This document shows positions 33,643 to 45,948 of a stretch of DNA of 64,000 bases, piece by piece. Each line of letters starts with the position of its first letter. Within the stretch, counting starts at the first letter, position 1. Below the pieces are notes generated by a model. It searched no databases, was not told where the DNA came from, and was given only the letters and a program-made list of their open reading frames with translations. The stretch lies in NCBI GenBank assembly GCA_020184695.1, contig JAANOX010000142.1, forward strand, positions 248,001 through 312,000, in the 5' to 3' direction. A program made the translations under genes and the position numbers. The stretch is from Histomonas meleagridis 2922-C6/04-290x (Eukaryota; Protista; Parabasalia).

Positions 33643-36063
33643 ATGGAATCTTCTCCAACGAATAATGACGAATCTTTTGTTGAAATTACAAGCTGGCCTA
33701 CAATGGATTTCCCACGTGTTGAAATTGAAAGAAATCAAGATGATACTTATGTAGAATCAGATCCCACAACTCTTACATCATTTATTTATCCTAGTAATGT
33801 TGTTCGAAGAAATTATCAATTTGAAATTACACAAGAATGTTTTCATCAAAATACATTAGTATGTTTACCTACAGGAACAGGTAAAACATTAATTGCTGCA
33901 GTAGCAATGGCTAATTTCCATAGATGGTTTCCAAAAGGGAAAATTATTTTTATGGCAACTACACGAAATCTTGTTAATCAACAAGTTTCATCATGTTATT
34001 CATTTACTAATATCCCACATGATCACATTACAATCATCATGGGAAATAGTGCCTCAAAAACACGAAAAGCAATTTGGGACAAATATTCAATATTTTTTTG
34101 TACACCACAAATTGTCCAAAATGACATAAGGAAAAAGCGTCTAGATCCGACCAAAATCATTTTACTTGTATTTGATGAAGCTCATCATGCCAAAGGTAAT
34201 CATTCATATTCACAAGTAGTTCGAATGGTTGCAGCTCACACTAGTCAATTCCGTATCATTGGCCTTTCAGCAACGCCAGGCAATGATATTTCGTCTATTC
34301 AATCAGTAATTTATAATCTCATGATCAGCAAAATCATTTATAAAGATACCGAAGATCCCGAACTGAAACAATATCAAAACAAAACAGATGTTGAAATCGT
34401 TACAGTGCCATTAGGTAATGAAGAATCAATATTAACCAAATGTTTAGGCAAATGTATATCATCACTTGCCTCACAATTACAATCCAAAGGATATTTAACA
34501 ACATCAAATCCGAAAAGTTTAACACGCGGTGCAGTATGGGTTGCCATGAATAATTATCAAAAGTATTCTACAAATCCGAAAGATAAATACATATGTATTG
34601 AAATGTTTGGGATCTTACTAAGTTTAGCATCGATGTATGAAAAGTTAACTAAATATGGCACTGAAATCTTCAACGATTCCTTAAATGATTTCATCAAGAA
34701 AAAGAAAGACACAGAGATCAAACGCAAATTATTAATAACGCCAGAATTTCAAGCATTAATTAAAGCAACTCAAAAACATAAAAACATTTCACATCCGAAA
34801 CTTTTCAAACTTATAGAAATTCTTGAAGACTTTTATCAAAACAATACACAATCACGTTCAATAATATTTACCCAATTTCGAGCAGTTGCATATGAAATAG
34901 TTGAACAATTAAAGAATGTACCAAACATTAAGCCATCTATTTTCATTGGGAAAACAAACACACGTAAAAATGAAGGGTTAAATGATTCGACGCAATTAGA
35001 AATAGTATCATTATTTCGACGCGGTAGTATTAATTGTATAGTCGCTACATCAGTCGGTGAAGAAGGATTAGATATCGGAGAAGTCGATTTAATTATATGT
35101 TATGATACACCTTCATCACCATTAAAGACGGTCCAAAGAATGGGTCGAACAGGACGTAAAAGATCGGGAAAAGTTATCTTTTTAATGGCCGAAGGTTATG
35201 AAGAGAAGGAACTGAACAAGGCAAAGATCACAAGTAACTTCATTAAGAGCAAATTAATTAATCCTGAAAATAATAACTTTGTGTTTTATGAACCTGAAAT
35301 TCCAAATATACCATTAACACGTGACTTAAATGTAATTAATTTACGTTGTGGTAATACAGAACAAAATCGAAGTTTATACAAATTCGGGATTACAAAAGTT
35401 AAAACAACATCGAACTTACAAAGAAATGAATCACATGCACTCGAATGTTGTTTTGGGGATAAATTAAAATATGATCGAATCGAATTAAATAATGAACATA
35501 TTGTATCAAATCAAACATTCATTATATCACATTCAAATGAATCAAATATATTCGAAACAATACAAATGAATTCATTAAATTGCGGCGATGAAAATGAAAT
35601 AGATAAAATTCTAATGGAATATTCTGACGGAGATGAACCACAAGTTAAAAAGGATTCGCAATACTTCTTAAGTTCTGACTCTGACTCTGATTTATTCAAT
35701 GACGACGAATTAGAAGATGAATCCGATTCATTCATATCAAAGCCGAAAATTACAAATATTAACATTGTTAACAACACGCAACAGAACCCATTCGTAATAG
35801 CGAACTCTTCTGACGACGAAAAGTTCCTAAGCGATGAAAGTGACTTCGACGAAGGCGAACTGAGGTCGTTCTTGAATGAGAACGAAGAGGAAAGCGAAGT
35901 GCAGAACGCAAAAGGAATCCAGACAAACGCTTTCGGTACACCGCTGTCGTCGCCGGACCTGATTAAGCCAAACGCAAACAGAAGCATCAGCAGACTGTTT
36001 AATACACCGCTGCAGTCGCCGTTCTTGGACGACGTCGAATTCGACGATGTTGAAGTTGTTTGA
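33643..36063 (+). CDS. FANCM: FANCM/Mph1-like DEAH helicase
   Basis: LPTGTGKT, VFDEAHHAKGNHSY, GLSATPG, ATSVGEEGLDIGEVD, QRMGRTGRKR. Confidence 0.92.
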   Translation: MESSPTNNDESFVEITSWPTMDFPRVEIERNQDDTYVESDPTTLTSFIYPSNVVRRNYQFEITQECFHQNTLVCLPTGTGKTLIAAVAMANFHRWFPKGKIIFMATTRNLVNQQVSSCYSFTNIPHDHITIIMGNSASKTRKAIWDKYSIFFCTPQIVQNDIRKKRLDPTKIILLVFDEAHHAKGNHSYSQVVRMVAAHTSQFRIIGLSATPGNDISSIQSVIYNLMISKIIYKDTEDPELKQYQNKTDVEIVTVPLGNEESILTKCLGKCISSLASQLQSKGYLTTSNPKSLTRGAVWVAMNNYQKYSTNPKDKYICIEMFGILLSLASMYEKLTKYGTEIFNDSLNDFIKKKKDTEIKRKLLITPEFQALIKATQKHKNISHPKLFKLIEILEDFYQNNTQSRSIIFTQFRAVAYEIVEQLKNVPNIKPSIFIGKTNTRKNEGLNDSTQLEIVSLFRRGSINCIVATSVGEEGLDIGEVDLIICYDTPSSPLKTVQRMGRTGRKRSGKVIFLMAEGYEEKELNKAKITSNFIKSKLINPENNNFVFYEPEIPNIPLTRDLNVINLRCGNTEQNRSLYKFGITKVKTTSNLQRNESHALECCFGDKLKYDRIELNNEHIVSNQTFIISHSNESNIFETIQMNSLNCGDENEIDKILMEYSDGDEPQVKKDSQYFLSSDSDSDLFNDDELEDESDSFISKPKITNINIVNNTQQNPFVIANSSDDEKFLSDESDFDEGELRSFLNENEEESEVQNAKGIQTNAFGTPLSSPDLIKPNANRSISRLFNTPLQSPFLDDVEFDDVEVV

Positions 36064-36096
36064 GTAAACTGTGTAATTTGTTTGTTCGAATTCACT

Positions 36097-37720
36097 AAAG
36101 TATCATTTGGGGATTTATGTTTTTTAAATTTCACTTCTTCAAGCGCTAAAGTTTTAATGAAGTGACTGACTGAGGCATTACTCGAATAATTTCTTTATTA
36201 GTACTTACAACGTTTTATATATAAAATCATTAAAGTATCATTTGGGAATTTATGTTTTTTAAATTTCACTTCTTCAAGCGCTAAAGTTTTAATGAAGTGA
36301 CTGACTGAGGCATTACTCGAATAATTTCTTTATTAGTACTTACAACGTTTTATATATATAATCATTAAAGTATCATTTGGGAATTTATGTTTTTTAAATT
36401 TCACTTCTTCAAGCGCTAAAGTTTTAATGAAGTGACTGACTGAGGCATTACTCGAATAATTTCTTTATTAGTACTTACAACGTTTTATATATAAAATCAT
36501 TAAAGTATCATTTGGGAATTTATGTTTTTTAAATTTCACTTCTTCAAGCGCTAAAGTTTTAATGAAGTGACTGACTGAGGCATTACTCGAATAATTTCTT
36601 TATTAGTACTTACAACGGAGGTATATATAGAATGATAACGGTTACATCTGGGAGTTTATGTTTTTAAATTTCACTTCTTCAAGCGCTAAAGTTTTAATGA
36701 AGTGACTGACTGAGGCATTACTCGAATAATTTCTTTATTAGTACTTACAACGTTTTATATATATAATCATTAAAGTATCATTTGGGAATTTATGTTTTTT
36801 AAATTTCACTTCTTCAAGCGCTAAAGTTTTTAATGAAGTGACTGACTGAGGCATTACTCGAATAATTTCTTTATTAGTACTTACAACGTTTTATATATAT
36901 AATCATTAAAGTATCATTTGGGAATTTATGTTTTTAAATTACACTTCTTCAAGCGCTAACGTTTTAATGATGTGACTGACTGAGGCATTACTCGAATAAT
37001 TTCTTTATTAGTACTTACAACGTTTTTATATATAAAATCATTAAAGTATCATTTGGGGATTTATGTTTTTTTAAATTTCACTTCTTCAAGCGCTAAAGTT
37101 TTTAATGAAGTGACTGACTGAGGCATTACTCGAATAATTTCTTTTATTAGTACTTACAACGTTTTATATATATAATCATTAAAAGTATCATTTGGGAATT
37201 TATGTTTTTTAAATTTCACTTCTTCAAGCGCTAAAGTTTTAATGAAGTGACTGACTGAGGCATTACTCGAATAATTTCTTTATTAGTACTGACAACGTTT
37301 TTATATATAAAATCATTAAAGTATCATTTGGGAATTTATGTTTTTAAATTTCACTTCTTCAAGCGCTAAAGTTTTTAATGAAGTGACTGACTGAGGCATT
37401 ACTCGAATAATTTCTTTATTAGTACTTACAACGTTTTATATATAAAATCATTAAAGTATCATTTGGGAATTTATGTTTTTTAAATTTCACTTCTTCAAGC
37501 GCTAAAGTTTTAATGAAGTGACTGACTGAGGCATTACTCGAATAATTTCTTTATTAGTACTTACAACGTTTTATATATATAATCATTAAAGTATCATTTG
37601 GGAATTTATGTTTTTTAAATTTCACTTCTTCAAGCGCTAAAGTTTTAATGAAGTGACTGACTGAGGCATTACTCGAATAATTTCTTTATTAGTACTTACA
37701 ACGTTTTGTGTATAAAATCA
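36097..37720. repeat. tandem array, 12 copies of a ~135-bp unit
   Basis: Units start at about 36097, 36232, 36368, 36502, 36638, 36772, 36908, 37043, 37182, 37318, 37453, 37588. Core AAATTTCACTTCTTCAAGCGCTAAAGTTTTAATGAAGTGACTGACTGAGGCATTACTCGAATAATTTC. Copies differ mainly in homopolymer length. Confidence 0.97.
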
Positions 37721-37771
37721 CTTTCACTGGTGATTTATCAGAAATAAATTGTAAATTTTGTGGTAATGATA

Positions 37772-38348
37772 CTAAATTTGTAAAGAAGAACAAACATTAG
37801 TAATAGTTTCCCAATAATATTTACCATTAGGTTCAACGCTTAAAATTTTTGGACAAAATTCTTGTAGATAAAATGGTATACATTCGATGACTGTTTGAAG
37901 TCTTTCACGGATTAATACACGAAAGAAATATATTGGTTCAGGTAATAATGAGAAATTCATGTTTGAAGTTTAGATACAGATAATTGTATAAATATTTTAT
38001 CGATTTCTCAACCAACATTTACATATATTGCAAACGTTGAAAAGAATTGATATATTTTAGTGTCATTAATATTCGGTAAAATATTCACAAATATTTGGAA
38101 AAATGTATTTGAAGGAAATTGTACAATATTAAACTTAAACATTGAACATATTATATCATGAATTAATTACATTGTATAATAATTATATTTATTATATTGA
38201 TTTGAAATTGCAATTTACGTAAAAGACATTGAAAACATAACTCTAAAAACTCATTGCATTTTTCTAATGCTTTTGGATGATTCGAATTAAATAATTTATT
38301 ATAACGTTTGAAACTTATTCGAAATCTTTTTTCTTCTTTACTTTCCAT
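37772..38348 (-). pseudogene. decayed or mis-assembled ORF
   Basis: Two track ORFs (38163-38348, 37772-37960) are linked by an intervening coding-like frame (IHDIICSMFKFNIVQF...) with two frameshifts and an in-frame TGA. Confidence 0.4.
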
Positions 38349-38873
38349 TATAATATTTTGAAGTTGATCAATTATATTTGCATCAATTTGAGGGAAAATC
38401 GAATAAAATTTCGTTGATGTACGTATGAAATAAGTAAATATTCCATATGAATTAAATTCATTAAATTTCTGGAAAATAATTATTATTAAACTGCATGTTA
38501 TGAAGTTTATATTAGTTTTGCATTATAAATATCATTTTTCGTGAAATATGAATACATTGAAACGTTCACTGCTCACTTCACCTGGTATATAATCTTTAGT
38601 CAATTTCGCGCGGAACGTTTTGGACGATCAGCAGTTTATCTGTGTGGAAAAGTTCTATCATTTGGTGAAGTGGACGTAAGCATTACTCATTTTGGCGAAA
38701 ATATTTTCTGTGATATTATATCAAAAATCTGTGTACAAACGATAGACAAATTAAATGATCACGAAAACTGTTTTAACAGAAAAAAACCATCGTCGTTTTG
38801 AAATTTCCAAAAGTGTATGGTTTTTGTACGATGGCGTTATTTGAATGATATTTAATCGATTCAATCACAAAAT

Positions 38874-38880
38874 AACGGTT
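38874..38880 (+). promoter_or_regulatory. M3-like element AACGGTT upstream of the TBC gene
   Basis: Exact AACGGTT ending 32 nt before ATG 38912. Related RCGGT motifs precede several other genes in the window. Confidence 0.4.
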
Positions 38881-38911
38881 TGTAAGGCTGGCGCAATTTT
38901 TGCTTTTTTAG

Positions 38912-40048
38912 ATGAGGAAAAAAGTTAACTTCGGAACTTCTAAAGGTCCGAAGATAAAACGTTCTTCAACACCAGATGCATTTAATTCCAATAAATCAAG
39001 AGGGAGCCATCAATCATCTTCAAATAATGAATTCGCTAAGATTTCACAAGAAAAAGAAATAGAAGAATTATTATCAGCTAAAATAATCGACGTTGAAAGA
39101 ATACGTGCTGATTCATGGGCAGGTATTCCAGATAAGTTTAGAGCTCAAGTGTGGAGATTATTTCTTGATTATGAGCCTGTGAATTCCGTACTAAAAGAAA
39201 CAACCTTAGCGCATAAAAGAAGCGATTACTTTGATTGCGTTGGAAGAGTTTTTACAAAGGATATTTGGACAAATTCACAAAAACAAACCGAAAGTCAAAT
39301 CCTTAGAGATCTGCCTAGAACAAGTATCACCATTCTACGTAATGAACGAATCCAATCCCTCCTTAACCGTGTTTTGTTTGTATGGTCAATTCGTCATCCA
39401 GCTTCAGATTATGTTCAAGGAATGAATGATCTTTTGCAAGTGTTTTTCTTCACATTCCTCCTCCCAAAGTGTCCAGGGAAGGATATTTCAGAGATTTTTT
39501 CTATGAAAAACCTTGATTTTCTTTCCGAAGATATAATCAATGAAATCGAAGCCGATTGTTTCTGGTGCTTTTCCAAACTTCTTGATGGCCTCCAAGATCT
39601 TTATACTAAGGATCAACCAGGCATATATCGAATGCTCGAATCTTTATCAACAGTAATTGATCGCGTTGATCCAGCTCTTAGTCGTCACATTCGTGACGAA
39701 GGGATACAGTATCAAGAATTTGCATTTAGATGGATGAATTGTTTCTTAGTTCGTGAGTTCCCAATGGAATTGATATTTAGACTCTGGGATTTTTATCTCA
39801 GTAATCACACTAAAATATCAACAACGCACGTATACATATGCGCAGCTTTGATGACCACACTCTCACCAAAGTTATGTGGACTTTCTCATTCTGAATTCAT
39901 TGTTCAGATACAATCATTGCACAAAAACAAATGGACTATTCAAGATTTGGACGTGATAATAGCTCAAGCTTATGTGTATGAAAAAATGTTTTCTCGATCA
40001 CCATCACATCTTAGATCGTCTTCTCTCCCAAACTTTGATAAAATATAA
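38912..40048 (+). CDS. TBC1D22: Rab GAP, TBC1D22/Gyp1-like
   Basis: SWAGIP..RAQVWRLFL, QILRDLPRT (Arg finger), YVQGMNDL (Gln finger), FAFRWMNC..RLWD. Confidence 0.9.
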   Translation: MRKKVNFGTSKGPKIKRSSTPDAFNSNKSRGSHQSSSNNEFAKISQEKEIEELLSAKIIDVERIRADSWAGIPDKFRAQVWRLFLDYEPVNSVLKETTLAHKRSDYFDCVGRVFTKDIWTNSQKQTESQILRDLPRTSITILRNERIQSLLNRVLFVWSIRHPASDYVQGMNDLLQVFFFTFLLPKCPGKDISEIFSMKNLDFLSEDIINEIEADCFWCFSKLLDGLQDLYTKDQPGIYRMLESLSTVIDRVDPALSRHIRDEGIQYQEFAFRWMNCFLVREFPMELIFRLWDFYLSNHTKISTTHVYICAALMTTLSPKLCGLSHSEFIVQIQSLHKNKWTIQDLDVIIAQAYVYEKMFSRSPSHLRSSSLPNFDKI

Positions 40049-40627
40049 CTCGATTTAATTTCTATTGTAAAGTTTACGCATAAATTTATAAGTTTTTGTT
40101 GTGAATGTAAATGAATAATTTTGGTTCTCTTTCAATACATAACAGAAAAAACTTAAATAATACTAATGATGTTAATTAGCTGCCCAACGAATTCTCTGGT
40201 TAAAACTCGAAATTAATTTATGGAAATCAACTGTTGTTGAGTGAACGATCAAAAATGATTTAATATTTATAAAAATTAAAATATAAATTTTTGAAAATTA
40301 CACCGATAAATCGTAGCTATCTTTTACATAATTACTATACATCAATATGTTAATATAAATTTTGATTTTCTAGCAATTTTGATCTGGAAAAAAGGTTTCT
40401 GCTTGCACAAATATGTTTAACTTTTTCACAAACCGTTTGGAAACACCGTAAATTTGCTAAACGTCTGATTAAGTAAAGCACTCAATCCGACCGTATCAAA
40501 AATAATCAATTCAAAATTGAAACAAATTTTTTTATGAATACTTTTTTCAGTTGAAACTCCAGCCGCCGGTTTTGAAACATAGGGAGAAAAAATTTTCTTA
40601 TTTGATTGGTTTTTATTAATTTGGTTC

Positions 40628-41173
40628 CTAAAGAAGGTTGCAGCATCCATCTTTCTTTTCTTTCGTGAGAATTAATTTTCCGACCAATTGAAAAGCTTCA
40701 TCAACATTTATTTTGTTTGCAGCAGATGTTTCGAGGAATAACCCTTTGTACTTATCAGCAACAGCTTTTCCTTCCTGCGTTGTTACTTGTCTTTGATCTT
40801 GTAAATCACATTTGTTTCCAAGTAAAACAAACTTGAAAGGGTCTCTTTCCTTTAGTACAGATATTTGTTCGAGAAGTTGTTCAGCCATTCTAAGAGTACT
40901 AAGTTGAATGATTGAATAAACAACGATAAATACATGGCCTGTGGCTAAGTACTGATCTCTTAAAGCTTGGTATTCTTCTTGGCCTGCTGTATCTGCAATT
41001 TCGACTTTGAGAACTTGTCCTTCTGGCATTTTGATTTCAGCTTCATAATTATTCTCGAGTGTTGGGTCGTAGACTGTAGAAAACTTGTCACGGATATAGC
41101 GCACAACGATTGATGTCTTGCCAACACCACCATCGCCAACAATTACCACTGTCTTTGGAGCATCGTTTGTCAT
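40628..41173 (-). CDS. Ras-family small GTPase
   Basis: GDGGVGKT, YDPTLE, DTAGQEEY, NKCD, ETSA, CaaX-like CCNLL. ATG 41173. Confidence 0.93.
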   Translation of the reverse strand: MTNDAPKTVVIVGDGGVGKTSIVVRYIRDKFSTVYDPTLENNYEAEIKMPEGQVLKVEIADTAGQEEYQALRDQYLATGHVFIVVYSIIQLSTLRMAEQLLEQISVLKERDPFKFVLLGNKCDLQDQRQVTTQEGKAVADKYKGLFLETSAANKINVDEAFQLVGKLILTKEKKDGCCNLL

Positions 41174-42299
41174 CTCTAAATTGTAATGACTTTCAATAAC
41201 TTTTTGACAACTAACTGATTTCAAATTCAAATTCTTTGTTCACAAAATCTTCGTAGCAATTTATGACTGTTAAAAAAACCTTTTGTTATTTTGAGATTTC
41301 TTATAGTTTGTATATGTTTGCCTCCCTTGAACATTCGTATGTGATAAATAAATAAAATAATTTTTTAAAATATCGAAAAAAAATTTAATTAAATCAAGAA
41401 TTTTAATTTATGAATTGACAATAAATTTGAAAATTATAATGAAACAATGTTTGCCTATTCTATTGATTCTTTTTTATCACTATTTTCTTTTTTGAACCTA
41501 TAGAATTTACAGTCGAATTTTTCCCGCCATAACATAACGTTTTTTTATATTCGCTTTTTTCTTTTTTATCTTTAGTGTCTGAAACTAAATTTTTTTAAAA
41601 TTTTTGACATCTTTATACGTACCAGAATTGGATTTCATTTTTTATCTGCTTTTATTTAGTAGAAACTTATTGCTTAAAAAAAATTCGAGTTTTTCATTTT
41701 CCAGTCTTGCACACCATGGTGTTTATAAAAAACGGCTATTTTCAATTCCTTTGAAAAAATTCAATCCAATTCTATGTTACCCAATTTTGTATCATCACTT
41801 TTGATAAAATTATATTCCACTTTTAACATTTCAAAAAGTTGAGGGTGTTTGATAAAATAGGCGAAAATTGCACGCTGAAGAACTTTTTGCATTTAAATTC
41901 ACTCTTTATGTAATTAAAGGTTTTTATTTTGCTACAAAAACCACTTTTATCTTTTAATGTACCCGTTGTAAAATTCTTTTAAGTAAACTATTTCCCAAGC
42001 AAATGATTCAAATTGTAACATGCATACTTTACTTCTTAAATATTTTTTCATATTACTTTAAAGAGCTTTCTTGAGGTTTTTTATTAAAATCTTAAATTTC
42101 TCAAAACAATATCAAAAGCAAAAAAATCAAAATTTGTCCAGCAAATTTCTAAACATTCAAATAAACATTATTATTATAAAACACACGACAAAACAAAAGG
42201 TTAATCGCAGAAGAAAAAAAGATCAGATATTTAAATTATTGTTGATGTGTTTTTAAAAAAAATTATAACTTCAAAAGAGATGGATACTGTAAAAATAGT

Positions 42300-42707
42300 T
42301 TATTTTCTGGCTTTTTTGGCTTCGCGTTTGAGACGTGCTCTTTCGGCAGAATCTTTTTTACCACCAACATTATGTGCAGATTGGCTTGAATTACCATTAA
42401 TTTTCAAGTCGCTTGCAATTGCTTTGAAGAGTTTTTTCCTTGTATTTATTGTTGTATTGATTGGAACTTTTTTACCGTTTTCCTCTTTAAAAAACACCAC
42501 AGATAGCCTTCCAAAACGCCAAAAATCTCTTGGGTGTCTTCTTTCTGGTTCTAATTTTCCTTCAAATCCTAATGTCTTAACAGCACGAACCATAGCATTA
42601 ATATTTGGATTTTCAATACCTTCTTCTTTTGAAATTTTTCTGCCTTCTGTTCTTTTTAGCGCAGAATCTAAGTAAAGAGGGTAAACTTTTACCTCATTAT
42701 GATTCAT
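42300..42707 (-). CDS. SRP19: signal recognition particle 19 kDa subunit
   Basis: VYPLYLDS..KRTEGRKIS, ENP, RHPRDFWRFGRLSV. Confidence 0.92.
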   Translation of the reverse strand: MNHNEVKVYPLYLDSALKRTEGRKISKEEGIENPNINAMVRAVKTLGFEGKLEPERRHPRDFWRFGRLSVVFFKEENGKKVPINTTINTRKKLFKAIASDLKINGNSSQSAHNVGGKKDSAERARLKREAKKARK

Positions 42708-43208
42708 TGGATAAAAATATTAAAAAGTTTACATGAAAAGTGTAAAGGTGTGTTTGTCACTTTTAAATTTTCAATTGGGAGCGTATGTTCTTGGATATCC
42801 ATAAAGAATTTACTAAACAATCAATTGTTTTTTTTTTTTAATATTTTTTACTTTAGCTAATTGACTTTTAATTAAAAAATGTAATGAAGAAATGAAATGT
42901 TAATTATTTGAAATCTATGTAAAAATAAAATTTGATGAACAACTTTAGATTATTAATAATCTAATCATCTTTAGATTTATACATGATAGTTCTTTATTTA
43001 ATTAGGTTCTTTACATTTTTAAAATAAAGTACATACAATTTTTAAAAATTTATTCACAACTTCAGAATTAGGTTATACCAGAAGAATGTGTTTTGCTAAC
43101 TGATGCTATGCTTCACATTTTGCATTTATTTGTTTATAGAGGGAAATTACATTTTCCGTGGCACTTTTTTGGCTAATTGGTTGGCTGCTTAAAGAAATTT
43201 CAAAATTT

Positions 43209-45308
43209 ATGGACCCAAGAGTTGCTTTAAGATGTTATATAACGCAAGCTCTAGAAGGGTGTGATGGACTTGAATGCAAAAATGTTGAATGTTGTTCTTG
43301 TAAAGATTTTGCAAACAAGAATTTATCAAAAAAGGAATTATTCAATCATGCAACAGAACTTGCCAAAAAGCATGGAACAGATCCAAAGCTTTGTGAAAAT
43401 TTATCACCACTTCAAACATGTCCAAACATCAAAGGAATCATCTCAAAGTTTCCAACTCATGTTCAATTTTTAAAAAAGGAAGTAGAACCACAAGCTGTTG
43501 TTGATGTTTTTAAAGATTCCAAAGCATTTTCATATCTTTTATTATCAAATAATGATCGTTTTTCATTTACAAATTTAGCCCTTGATGACAACCTATGTAA
43601 AGAATTTTATCAAGATCTTGAAGAAAGGTCTGATATACTCAAAGTTATTTTAGATCCCTTAAGTACGTTAGCTCTTGAATTGTCAACCAATAATTTACTT
43701 ACTTTTTATAACATCCGTGCCCATATTCTTTGTCTCTTTTTCCTTTCTCTTTTTTCATGTTCTGATGGTTCCGAACCAATTTTTGATTTAGTCAATAATT
43801 TATTAACGTTTTGTTCTTCCCATTTAGATTTCTTATTCACGCAAATTTCGAGTCTCCCATTTGTATCCACCCAAATTCTAGGGATTATACAAGAAAGTCT
43901 TACAGTTCATACCATATTACATCTTGACAATCCATATGTCAAACCCATTGAACAATTATCAATTTTCATCCATAACTTATCACAACACAACAAACATGTT
44001 TCGAATTCATTATTTTCCAATGACATCTTATCTGATAGCTTATATACAAAGTCATGTTTAGAACGTGAATTAAATTCACACATCAAAAACTCGAAGAATT
44101 TTTACTTCTTAACATATTCCACTGTCTTAAATCTCACTTATAAGTCACGTATTCTCAGTGAATTCTTAACGTTTTGTCAAGAAACGTATGCGCGTGATAA
44201 CTTATTACGAATGATTGCGACCGAGCGACGACAAATATCACCGCGCGACATCCAATTATATTTAGAAGTTAGTCGCAACAATTTAATTGAAGACACGTTA
44301 AATCAAATCTCGAATTTCTCGGCTGATCAATTAGTTCTTAAACTTGTTGTAGTGTTTAAAGGTGAACAAGGCGTAGACGCAGGCGGTGTATCACGCGAAT
44401 TCTTTTATTTGTTGTGTAATAATTTGTTTTCACCTGATTACGGAATGTTTTCTAAGACATCGAATGGTAAATATTGGTTTGCGGAAGGATCTGAAACGAC
44501 AGTGTCACCATTTTACTTCTCATTATTTGGTACTATTGTTGGGTTAGCGATCTATAATAGTATTATATTACCTATTCGATTTCCTATTTTGTTATATAAG
44601 AAATTGTCCGGAGAGAAAATTAGTCTTCAAGATTATCATGAAATTGATCCAACTTTAGTTGAATCGTTATTAAATTTAAAGGAAATGGTTCAATCGAAAG
44701 TTGATATTTCTGATGCTGAATTAACATTTTCTGTTACCGTTGATAACTTTGGAGCTATTGAAGAAATTCCACTTAAAGAAAATGGCGAAAATATATATGT
44801 TACTAATGATAACTTTAATGAATATTTGGAGTTATATACCGAATATTTATTAAACAAATCAATTAATATGCAATTCACTAACTTCCAAAAAGGTTATAAA
44901 CGATTATGTAACAACAGCTTATTAAACATATTTCGGAGTGAAGAACTTGACGTGTTAGTAAGCGGAGAAGAAATTGTCGATTGGAACTTATTAAAAGAAA
45001 ACACAAAGTACTCTGATGGATACACAAAAGACTCGATACAAGTCAAATGGTTCTGGGAAATATTCGACGAAATGAGCGACGAACAAAAGCAAATGTTCTT
45101 CAGGTTCTCGACTGGTAGCGACCGAATACCAGTCAGCGGGCTAAATGACTTCAAGTTGGTGATACAGAAGACAAATGACCCAACGAAGTTGCCGATATCG
45201 CACACGTGCTTTAACATATTCGCGCTGCCAACTTATCAATCGAAGGATGTAATGAAGGAGAAAATATTGATATCGATACAGAATACAGAGGGATTTGGAT
45301 TGATATGA
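43209..45308 (+). CDS. HECT E3 ubiquitin ligase (HERC/UBE3A-like)
   Basis: FKGEQGVDAGGVSREFF, FSTGSDRIP, LPISHTCFN (catalytic Cys), C-terminal EGFGLI. ATG 43209. Confidence 0.93.
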   Translation: MDPRVALRCYITQALEGCDGLECKNVECCSCKDFANKNLSKKELFNHATELAKKHGTDPKLCENLSPLQTCPNIKGIISKFPTHVQFLKKEVEPQAVVDVFKDSKAFSYLLLSNNDRFSFTNLALDDNLCKEFYQDLEERSDILKVILDPLSTLALELSTNNLLTFYNIRAHILCLFFLSLFSCSDGSEPIFDLVNNLLTFCSSHLDFLFTQISSLPFVSTQILGIIQESLTVHTILHLDNPYVKPIEQLSIFIHNLSQHNKHVSNSLFSNDILSDSLYTKSCLERELNSHIKNSKNFYFLTYSTVLNLTYKSRILSEFLTFCQETYARDNLLRMIATERRQISPRDIQLYLEVSRNNLIEDTLNQISNFSADQLVLKLVVVFKGEQGVDAGGVSREFFYLLCNNLFSPDYGMFSKTSNGKYWFAEGSETTVSPFYFSLFGTIVGLAIYNSIILPIRFPILLYKKLSGEKISLQDYHEIDPTLVESLLNLKEMVQSKVDISDAELTFSVTVDNFGAIEEIPLKENGENIYVTNDNFNEYLELYTEYLLNKSINMQFTNFQKGYKRLCNNSLLNIFRSEELDVLVSGEEIVDWNLLKENTKYSDGYTKDSIQVKWFWEIFDEMSDEQKQMFFRFSTGSDRIPVSGLNDFKLVIQKTNDPTKLPISHTCFNIFALPTYQSKDVMKEKILISIQNTEGFGLI

Positions 45309-45948
45309 TATGGAATTATGAGTTAGAAAGTAGTTAATAATAAAATTTCATTTTAAGGAATTCGTTTATACATATGCAGGAACAAGAAAAGGGAAACATA
45401 ACTTCAGAAAATTGATTTTATAAAAGTGCATTTTGTGTTGGAAAATAGCAAATATCCGACCGTTAAAATTTGAGAGCGCTGTGATTTTTTTTAAGTTTTT
45501 CTGAGTTTATTTGGCCTACTTTTTCTTGTATACTTGTGGTATTAAATTAAGTTTCCGGTTAGTCGCTCGATTGTGAGCTTTACTCATACGATATACTTCT
45601 ATGTAATTTGATCGGCATACAGACTGCATAAATTTTTTTAGGTGGTGCTACACGTGTACATGGGTATGCAATTAATAATATTCCATATCCCGAATAATTA
45701 TTGAATACAACAAGTTATATAAAATTTTATATTATAATATTATAATTATAGAATTATACAAATTCATTAAAAAAAATCTTTCATATAAAATTTCATGAAA
45801 AAATTATCATTGTCTTCGTTAATCAAATTTCAATTTTTTAAAACAACTTTAAGTACTGTTGTACTTCGGGGATACTTGTTTATTTATAATCATAAAAAAT
45901 TTTAAAATGTTATTGCGAAAGAGTTCGATGAGTTGTAATGTTCGGATT

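Noticed and set aside
36097-37720. CRISPR array interpretation of the 135-bp repeats
   Set aside because: Whole units are near-identical with no unique spacers, no cas genes are present, and the context is eukaryotic.
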